Below, in pieces: positions 6,848 through 13,113 of a stretch of DNA of 13,113 nt (its first letter is position 1; every line of letters begins with the position of its first letter). Origin of the DNA: Halodesulfurarchaeum sp. (lineage in GTDB: Archaea; Halobacteriota; Halobacteria; Halobacteriales; Halobacteriaceae); assembly GCA_042216015.1 (NCBI GenBank), contig JBDGUI010000028.1, positions 1 to 13,113 of the forward strand, given 5' to 3'. Position numbers and translations under genes: made by a program. Below the pieces are notes generated by a model that ran no database searches, had not been told where the DNA came from, and was given only the letters and a program-made list of their open reading frames with translations.

Positions 6848-8044
6848 TCAGGCCCCGAAGATCGCGTGCAGGGCCGCGTTGGCCCCGTACCCGGCGACGA
6901 CGGAGGCGACGAGCGTGAGCAGCCAGAACCCGACGGTCACGCCGATCTTTCGACGGGAGACCCCGGCCGAGCCGGCGGCCAGTCCGCCCCCGATCACGCC
7001 GGAGATGATGATGTTGTTGAAGGAGATCGGGATGCCGAATCCGATCGCGGCCTGGGCGATGAGAAAGCCCGGGACGAGTGCGGCGATCGACCGCCGCGAC
7101 CCGAGCTGGGCGTACTCCCGGGCGGTCGCCTGGAGGAGCCGCGGCGATCCCATCCAGGCCCCCGCCAGGATCCCGATCGCCCCCACGGCGAGCAACACGA
7201 TCCCGGGCAGGCCGAGCTGTACCGAATAGAGGTGTTCGAGCGGCCCGGTCGCGAGCCCGACCTGGCTGCCCCCGCTCGAGAAGGCAACGACGCTCCCCAG
7301 AATCACCAGGAAGGTGCTGACGCCCCGATCGACCGACTGGCGCGTGCGGCGCCTGATGAAGGCGAACCCGACGATCCCGAAGGCGACGGTCGTCACCGCG
7401 CCCGCCAGGTCGAGGCCACCGATCGCCGGCGTGGAAACCACCCAGGAGACGAAGCTGGCGACGGAGTGCTGTGAGGAGCCCGGGGGCCCCGGGATGACGC
7501 CGAGTTCGATGTTCGCGAGGACCGCGGCGACGATTCCCGCGAGCACCGGAATGCTGACCGTGTCGGCGATATCGTCCCGCCGGAGGAGCGTGGCGGTCGT
7601 GTAGGCGAGGCCGCCGGAAACCGGAGGGACGAGGATCCAGAACACGGCGATCCTCCGGAGCGTGCCAACGTTCGGGGTGCCCCCGAGTGATAGACCGACG
7701 CCGATCATCGCTCCGGTGGTCGCAAAGGCCGCGGGAACGGGGTATCCGGAGAAGATCCCGACGGCCATGAAGGACCCCGCGACCAGCAGTCCCGCTGTCG
7801 CCGCGAGCGGCGTAATCGCGACCCCCTGCGTGAGTCCGGTTCCGACGGTCTTCGAGATGCTCCCGCCCTGGAGCAACGCGCCCGCACCCGCGAGCAGGCC
7901 GATCAGGAAGGCCGCCCGCATCGTGGAGATGGCGTTCGCCCCGATCGCCGGTGCGAAGGGCGGGGAGTTGCTGTTTGCGCCGAGGGCCCAGGCCGTGAAC
8001 ACCCCGATGAGCGTCGCGAACCCGACGAGTGCGACTGCGGTCAC
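6848..8044 (-). CDS. PiT/PHO4-family inorganic anion (phosphate/sulfate) transporter (398 aa)
   Basis: Multi-TM protein with AWALGANSNSPPFAPAIGA, GYPVPAAFATTGAMIG, FSSGGSQVGLATGP and GIPISFNNIIISGVIGGG, the duplicated PHO4 architecture. The GTG start overlaps the USP stop (GTGA 8044-8041). Confidence 0.88.
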   Translation of the reverse strand: MTAVALVGFATLIGVFTAWALGANSNSPPFAPAIGANAISTMRAAFLIGLLAGAGALLQGGSISKTVGTGLTQGVAITPLAATAGLLVAGSFMAVGIFSGYPVPAAFATTGAMIGVGLSLGGTPNVGTLRRIAVFWILVPPVSGGLAYTTATLLRRDDIADTVSIPVLAGIVAAVLANIELGVIPGPPGSSQHSVASFVSWVVSTPAIGGLDLAGAVTTVAFGIVGFAFIRRRTRQSVDRGVSTFLVILGSVVAFSSGGSQVGLATGPLEHLYSVQLGLPGIVLLAVGAIGILAGAWMGSPRLLQATAREYAQLGSRRSIAALVPGFLIAQAAIGFGIPISFNNIIISGVIGGGLAAGSAGVSRRKIGVTVGFWLLTLVASVVAGYGANAALHAIFGA

Positions 8045-8931
8045 TGTTTTCCTCGGATCGCGCTCGAAATTCGGCCGATGAGACCCGGTTTCCCCCGCTC
8101 GCCCCGCGCCACGATGACCGTCCGATCCGTCCCCCGGACCACCCGCCGCGGAACCGAGCCGACGAGTCGGCCCCGCAACACACCCTTGCGGGTCGCACCC
8201 AGGACGATCACGTCGTACGCCCCGGCTGCATCGATGATGGCGTCTTCGACCCTGGGTGCCCGTTCGACCCGCGTCTCCGTGGAAACCGATCCGTCGATCG
8301 CTCGTTTCAGCGTCTCCACCCCCGCCTCGACGTGGGAACGGGCATCCTCGAGGCGGGTCTCGTCCCCGGCCACGGAGAAAAGCGTGACCGAGGCGTTGTT
8401 CCCGACGGCGATGGCGCCGGCCGCCACCACTGACGCCCTGACGTGTGGGCCACCCCCGACCGGCACGAGGATGGCGTCGACCGTCCCGGCCTCGCGGCCG
8501 ATGCGCTCGGCGTAGACGTCGGTTGGGGCCCGCTCGAGGACCGCATCCACCGTCGTCCCGAGAAGCACGTCCGACCGTCGTGGATCGCTGTCCCACCCGA
8601 TCAGGAGGGCAGCCGGGTCCGATCGCTCGACGGCCGATTGAATCCCTTTGGCCACCGACCGGGCCACCACGAGGTCCCTGACCAGTTCCACGCCCGCCGG
8701 GTCCGGCGCCCGGTCGAGGAGTCCGTGACTGTCCGCGGCGAACTCCTCGACGATCGTCTCATCGGAGAAGAGTCCGAAGGGCGAGTCGGGGGGCTTGGCG
8801 ACGACGGTCATCAGCCTGACCCGACCGCTCCCCTGCCGGGCGAGATCGGCCGCCGTCCGCACCAGCTGAGCGACCTGCTCGGGGTCCTCCACGGCGACCA
8901 ACACGTCCCCCTCGCTGGCGCTTCCGCTCAT
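8041..8931 (-). CDS. universal stress protein, tandem UspA domains (296 aa)
   Basis: Two USP domains: VLVAV...[17 protein letters not shown] and [10 protein letters not shown]...IVLGATRKG...[10 protein letters not shown]. Confidence 0.93.
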   Translation of the reverse strand: MSGSASEGDVLVAVEDPEQVAQLVRTAADLARQGSGRVRLMTVVAKPPDSPFGLFSDETIVEEFAADSHGLLDRAPDPAGVELVRDLVVARSVAKGIQSAVERSDPAALLIGWDSDPRRSDVLLGTTVDAVLERAPTDVYAERIGREAGTVDAILVPVGGGPHVRASVVAAGAIAVGNNASVTLFSVAGDETRLEDARSHVEAGVETLKRAIDGSVSTETRVERAPRVEDAIIDAAGAYDVIVLGATRKGVLRGRLVGSVPRRVVRGTDRTVIVARGERGKPGLIGRISSAIRGKQ

Positions 8932-9072
8932 GACTCACTGTACCGGCCACTGGCGGATAAACATTCGCGGGCGATCGCCGACCGGCCAGGAGACTGGCCA
9001 AACACGGACACCGATGGATGGCCCTGTCCAGCAGTGGACACGTATTTGATCCCCGGCCCCGTTCGGCGTCGT

Positions 9073-10224
9073 ATGACGGCTGGAGACTTCGAATCCTACG
9101 GTGGCCGACACGTTCCCGAACCGCTCGAGGAGCCGCTCGCGGAACTGGCTGGGGCTTACGACGAGATCAGAGAGGACCCGGATTTCCAGGCCGAACTGGC
9201 ACGGCTCCGCGAGGAGTTCGCCGGGCGACCGACGCCACTCTACCACGCCGAAACCCTCAGCGAGGCGTACGGCGCGGAGATCTACCTCAAGCGAGAGGAC
9301 CTCCTCCACGGTGGGGCCCACAAGATCAACAACGCCCTCGGCCAGGGCCTGCTGGCCGTCCGCGCCGGGAAGGAACGACTCATCGCGGAGACCGGGGCCG
9401 GCCAGCACGGCGTCGCGACCGCCATGGTCGGGGCGGCACTCGACCTCGACACCGAGATCTACATGGGCGAGACCGACGCCGAGCGCCAGCGAATGAACGT
9501 CTTCCGGATGCAGCTGCTGGGCGCCGAGGTGAACGAGGTCACGCGTGGCGACGCCGGCCTCGCGGAGGCCGTCGACGTCGCCCTCGAAGACTTCGCCGGA
9601 AACATCGAGGACACCCACTACCTCGTCGGGAGCGCCGTCGGGCCCGACCCGTTCCCCCGGATGGTTCGGGACTTCCAGTCGGTCATCGGGCGGGAGGCCC
9701 GCGAGCAGTTCCAGGAGCGCGTCGGCGGGCTGCCGGACGCCGCGGTCGCCTGCGTGGGCGGCGGCTCGAACGCGATCGGGCTCTTTCACGCGTTCCGCGA
9801 GGACGACGTGGCGTTCTACGGTGCGGAGGGTGGCGGTGAGGGGGCCGACTCGAACCGCCACGCCGCGCCCCTCGCCGCCGGCGAGGACGGGACCCTCCAC
9901 GGGATGGCGACCCGGGTGATCGACGAGGACACGGAGGTTCACTCGGTCTCCGCGGGCCTGGACTACCCGGGTGTCGGCCCCGAACACGCGATGTTTCGGG
10001 CCATCGGCCGCGCGGAGTACGAGGCGGTGCCCGACGACGCGGCACTCGAGGCCTTTCGAACCCTCTCGGAGACCGAGGGAATCATTCCGGCACTCGAATC
10101 GAGTCACGCCATCGCGCTGGCGGGCGAGATCGCCGAGGAGCACGACACGATCCTCGTGAACCTCTCCGGGCGGGGCGACAAGGACATGGACATCGCCGCT
10201 TCGGCCTTCGACTTCGGGGAGTGA
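9073..10224 (+). CDS. trpB: tryptophan synthase beta subunit (TrpB1-type), stand-alone (383 aa)
   Basis: [16 protein letters not shown] (PLP Lys), [42 protein letters not shown] and NLSGRGDKD are all present. ATG 9073 has TATTTGA about 24-30 nt upstream. Confidence 0.96.
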   Translation: MTAGDFESYGGRHVPEPLEEPLAELAGAYDEIREDPDFQAELARLREEFAGRPTPLYHAETLSEAYGAEIYLKREDLLHGGAHKINNALGQGLLAVRAGKERLIAETGAGQHGVATAMVGAALDLDTEIYMGETDAERQRMNVFRMQLLGAEVNEVTRGDAGLAEAVDVALEDFAGNIEDTHYLVGSAVGPDPFPRMVRDFQSVIGREAREQFQERVGGLPDAAVACVGGGSNAIGLFHAFREDDVAFYGAEGGGEGADSNRHAAPLAAGEDGTLHGMATRVIDEDTEVHSVSAGLDYPGVGPEHAMFRAIGRAEYEAVPDDAALEAFRTLSETEGIIPALESSHAIALAGEIAEEHDTILVNLSGRGDKDMDIAASAFDFGE

Positions 10225-10334
10225 GCCCCCCGATCGAGGGTTCGCCGCCCCGTGCTGAGCGGCGGATCGAACGCCCTTGGGCCGATCGATGCCCGAGGAG
10301 AACGATTATCCCTCCGCTGGTCCGAGAATCGGGT

Positions 10335-11426
10335 ATGTCAACTGGCGTGTTCTCCGAACTCTCGCTCCGCTCGGTCACGGCGCGGAACCGGCTCGCGATG
10401 TCCCCGATGTGCCAGTACTCCGCCGGCGAGGACGGCGTCGCGACCGAGTGGCACCGGATCCACTACGGCTCCCGTGCGGTCGGCGGGGCCGGGATCGTCA
10501 TCCAGGAGGCGACGGCGGTCGAACCCCGGGGACGCATCTCGCCCAACGACCTCGGGCTCTGGTCCGAGGAACAGGCCGCGGCCCTCGCCCCTATCGCCGA
10601 GTTCATGGCCGAACAGGGCGCCGTTCCGGCCATCCAACTCGCCCACGCCGGTCGAAAGGCCGCCACCTCCCGACCGTGGGAGGGATCGACCCCGCTCCAG
10701 CCAGCGGAGGGCGGGTGGACCGTCGTCGCACCCAGCGAGAAGCCCTATCCCTACGAGGACGGAGACGCCCCGCCGACGGAGCGTCTCGATCCAGCCGACA
10801 TCACAGACGTCGTCGAGGCGTTCGGCGACGCGGCCGCGCGGGCCGTCGAGGCGGGGTTCGAGGCCGTCGAGATCCACGGTGCCCACGGCTATCTCGTTCA
10901 CGAGTTCCTCTCCCCGGTGACGAACGATCGGACGGACGCCTATGGCGGTGACTTCGCTGGCCGGACCCGGTTCGTCCGGGAGGTCTCCGAGGCCGTCCGG
11001 AACGCGGTGGGCGAGTCCGTCCCGGTCTTCCTCCGGGTATCGGGGACCGACTGGCTCCCGGACCGGCCCTCCTGGACGGTCGAGGACACCGTCCGACTCG
11101 CCTCGGAGCTGGCCGACGCCGGTCTCGACCTGCTGGACGTGTCGAGCGGCGGCATCCACCCCGACCAGCAGATTTCCTATGCGGGGCCGAACTACCAGCT
11201 CCCGCTTGCCGAACGGGTCCGGACGGAAACAGACGTTCCGGCGGTCGGGACGGTCGGCCAGATCAGGACGCCCGAGCAGGCTGAGGCCCTGGTCCGGAAC
11301 GGCCGAGCCGACCTTGCCATCGTCGGGCGGAAACTCCTCGAGGACCCCTACTTCCCGCTCAGGGCGGCACAGGCGCTTTATGACGCGGAGCCCGACATTC
11401 CGCCCCAATATAGACGGGGCTTTTGA
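10335..11426 (+). CDS. NADH:flavin oxidoreductase / Old Yellow Enzyme, YqjM/NamA-like (363 aa)
   Basis: Motifs NRLAMSPMCQYS, QLAHAGRKA, EIHGAHGYLVHEFLSP, NDRTDAYGG and C-terminal PPQYRRG. ATG 10335 has TTAT about 26-29 nt upstream. Confidence 0.94.
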   Translation: MSTGVFSELSLRSVTARNRLAMSPMCQYSAGEDGVATEWHRIHYGSRAVGGAGIVIQEATAVEPRGRISPNDLGLWSEEQAAALAPIAEFMAEQGAVPAIQLAHAGRKAATSRPWEGSTPLQPAEGGWTVVAPSEKPYPYEDGDAPPTERLDPADITDVVEAFGDAAARAVEAGFEAVEIHGAHGYLVHEFLSPVTNDRTDAYGGDFAGRTRFVREVSEAVRNAVGESVPVFLRVSGTDWLPDRPSWTVEDTVRLASELADAGLDLLDVSSGGIHPDQQISYAGPNYQLPLAERVRTETDVPAVGTVGQIRTPEQAEALVRNGRADLAIVGRKLLEDPYFPLRAAQALYDAEPDIPPQYRRGF

Positions 11427-11498
11427 AGCGGGGCAACGCGACAGAAATCGCTCACCTGGGAACGCTTATGGCGAAGCCACACGGGTGTACAAAGAAGC

Positions 11499-12494
11499 AT
11501 GCAGCAGTACCTCGACCTCGTCGAACGGGTGCTCGAGACGGGGACCTACGAGGAGAACCGGACGGGCGTCGACACGCTCGCCAGCTTCTCACAGCACTAC
11601 ACGGTGGACCTGACGGAGGGATTCCCGCTGCTCACGACCAAGGACCTCTCGGGCCCGCGGTGGGACTCGCTGGTTCACGAACTGGTGTGGTACCTCTCCG
11701 GGGTGGAGCACATCCGCAGCCTCCGCGAGGAGACCGGCATCTGGGACGCCTGGGCGGACGAGGACGGCCACCTCGACACCGCCTACGGCCGCTTCTGGCG
11801 CCGGTATCCCGTTCCCGACGAGGGTGACCGCCTTCCCGGTGAGTCCTGGCCCGATCCCGAGAGCCCCTATCTGAACGAGGAGGGAACCTTCGATCAGATC
11901 GCCTACGTCCTCGACGGCCTCGAAAACAACCCGGAGAGCCGCCGCCTCGTGGTCAACGCCTGGCACCCCGCGAACGCCGCGGACTCGACGCTCCCCCCCT
12001 GTCACTACACCTTCGTCTTCTCCGTCCAGAACGGTCGCCTCCACACCCACCTCCAGCAGCGCTCCGGGGACATCGCACTGGGAATCCCCTTCAACATCGC
12101 CTCCTATGCCCTCTTGACCCACGCCGTCGCCCAGGAAGTCGGCCTGCCGATCGGCGAGTTCGGCCACAGCGTCGTCGACGCCCACATCTATCTCGGGAAG
12201 GGCGAGCGGGGATCGTGGTACGAAGCCGCCCTGCCCGAACTTCGACGGCGCCTCGAGGCGGTCGCAGCGCCGGCCGAGTACGAGGACGTCAGGGGCTGGA
12301 TCGAGGACTCGGCCCCCGCGGACCCCGAGGGCTACGATCACGTCCCGAACCTGCTCACCCAGCTCACCCGCTCACCCGGGGAGCGCCCCACGATCGAGGT
12401 CGCCGACCGCCCGCTCGACGAACTCGAGGCGGAGGACGTCACGCTCCGGGACTACGATCCCGCTCCGGCACTCGACTTCGCCGTGGCAGAATGA
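11499..12494 (+). CDS. thyA: thymidylate synthase (331 aa)
   Basis: Motifs NRTGVDT, FPLLTTK, SRRLVVNAW, catalytic LPPCH, QRSGDIALGIPFN and DAHIY. Confidence 0.97.
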   Translation: MQQYLDLVERVLETGTYEENRTGVDTLASFSQHYTVDLTEGFPLLTTKDLSGPRWDSLVHELVWYLSGVEHIRSLREETGIWDAWADEDGHLDTAYGRFWRRYPVPDEGDRLPGESWPDPESPYLNEEGTFDQIAYVLDGLENNPESRRLVVNAWHPANAADSTLPPCHYTFVFSVQNGRLHTHLQQRSGDIALGIPFNIASYALLTHAVAQEVGLPIGEFGHSVVDAHIYLGKGERGSWYEAALPELRRRLEAVAAPAEYEDVRGWIEDSAPADPEGYDHVPNLLTQLTRSPGERPTIEVADRPLDELEAEDVTLRDYDPAPALDFAVAE

Positions 12495-12979
12495 GGGTCG
12501 CCATCGTCGCCGCGATCGCGGAGAACGGCGTGATCGGGGACGCAGGGGGCATGCCGTGGCACTATCCAGCGGACCTCGCCCGGTTCAAGGAACTCACCAT
12601 TGGCCACCCGGTGATCCTGGGTCGACGGACCTTCGAGTCGATCGTGGACCGACTCGGTGAACCGCTTCCCGAGCGGCTGAACGTCGTCCTCTCGACCCGG
12701 GACCTCGACCTCCCGACGGGGGCCGTCCGGGCCGCGAGCATCGACGAGGCCCTCGAGATCGCCGCGGCGACCGGCTCGAAAACGGTTTTCGTCGTGGGCG
12801 GGGCCTCGGTGTACGAACAGTTCCTGCCAGAGGCCGATCGGCTCCACCTGACCGAGATTCCTGAGGCGCCCGACGGCGGCACGACGTTTCCCGACTGGGA
12901 CCGCTCGAACTGGGATCTCGTCGATAGCGAGGAACGCGGGGAGGTGACCTTCCGGACCTACGACCGCGCGGAGGCCTGA
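12491..12979 (+). CDS. folA: dihydrofolate reductase (162 aa)
   Basis: AAIAENGVIG, MPWHYPADLARFK, ILGRRTFES, PLPERLNVVLS and VVGGASVY are present. The ATG overlaps the thyA stop (ATGA). Confidence 0.96.
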   Translation: MRVAIVAAIAENGVIGDAGGMPWHYPADLARFKELTIGHPVILGRRTFESIVDRLGEPLPERLNVVLSTRDLDLPTGAVRAASIDEALEIAAATGSKTVFVVGGASVYEQFLPEADRLHLTEIPEAPDGGTTFPDWDRSNWDLVDSEERGEVTFRTYDRAEA

Positions 12980-12982
12980 TCA

Positions 12983-13113
12983 CCGAGGGCCGGGCGCCCA
13001 TACCGAGTTCCGAGGGCCGGGCGTCCATGCCGAGTTCCGAGGGTCGGGCGCCCATGCTGAGTTCCGAGGGTCGGGCGCCCATGCTGAGTTCCGAGGGTCG
13101 GGCGCCCACGCCG
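12983..13113. repeat. 27-bp tandem repeat array, 4 full copies plus a 23-nt partial copy truncated by the window edge
   Basis: Units start at 12983, 13010, 13037, 13064 and 13091. Consensus is CCGAGGGYCGGGCGCCCATGCYGAGTT, with no spacers. Confidence 0.95.

Noticed and set aside
6561..8198. 545-aa Arg-rich minus-strand ORF
   Set aside because: It is an alternative frame over the PiT gene with composition typical of GC-rich off-frames. Only its last 24 codons were kept as a candidate leader ORF.
9088..9104. TTCGAATCCT match to the tRNA T-arm as a possible attR site
   Set aside because: Only 10 nt are identical, the match lies inside the conserved trpB N-terminus (FESYGG), and no integrase is present.
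8935..12341. Long minus-strand ORFs at 8935-10143, 10338-11408 and 11589-12341
   Set aside because: They are antisense shadows of trpB, the OYE gene and thyA caused by strong codon bias.
12594..13109. 171-aa minus-strand ORF with MGARPSEL repeats
   Set aside because: This frame runs about 385 nt antisense into folA with Arg/Pro/Ser-rich off-frame composition.
12983..13113. CRISPR array
   Set aside because: The repeats are head-to-tail with no unique spacers, and no cas genes are in the window.

Overview
GC-rich, gene-dense window from a halophilic archaeon (class Halobacteria, judged from acidic proteins, a PGF-CTERM protein, a Bat-type HTH regulator and TATA-like boxes about 25-30 nt before leaderless ATGs). 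From left to right: the 3' part of a tRNA-Gln(CTG), a small acidic hypothetical gene divergent from a Bat/HTH_10-type regulator, an orphan Cache-HAMP sensor histidine kinase, a PGF-pre-PGF/PGF-CTERM surface glycoprotein, a DsrE/DsrF-like protein, a membrane-anchored acidic protein with a near-strict 4-residue Val periodicity, a USP plus PiT-family transporter operon, a stand-alone trpB, an Old Yellow Enzyme (YqjM-like), a thyA-folA pair, and a 27-bp tandem array running off the right edge. No integrase, transposase or CRISPR array is visible. The most notable unexplained items are a 24-aa CxxCG leader ORF coupled to the Val-periodic protein gene, an operator plus structured leader upstream of the dsrE-like gene, a PiT transporter lacking the canonical Asp signatures, and the terminal repeat array. 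All calls are from reading the sequence only; nothing was searched or computed.
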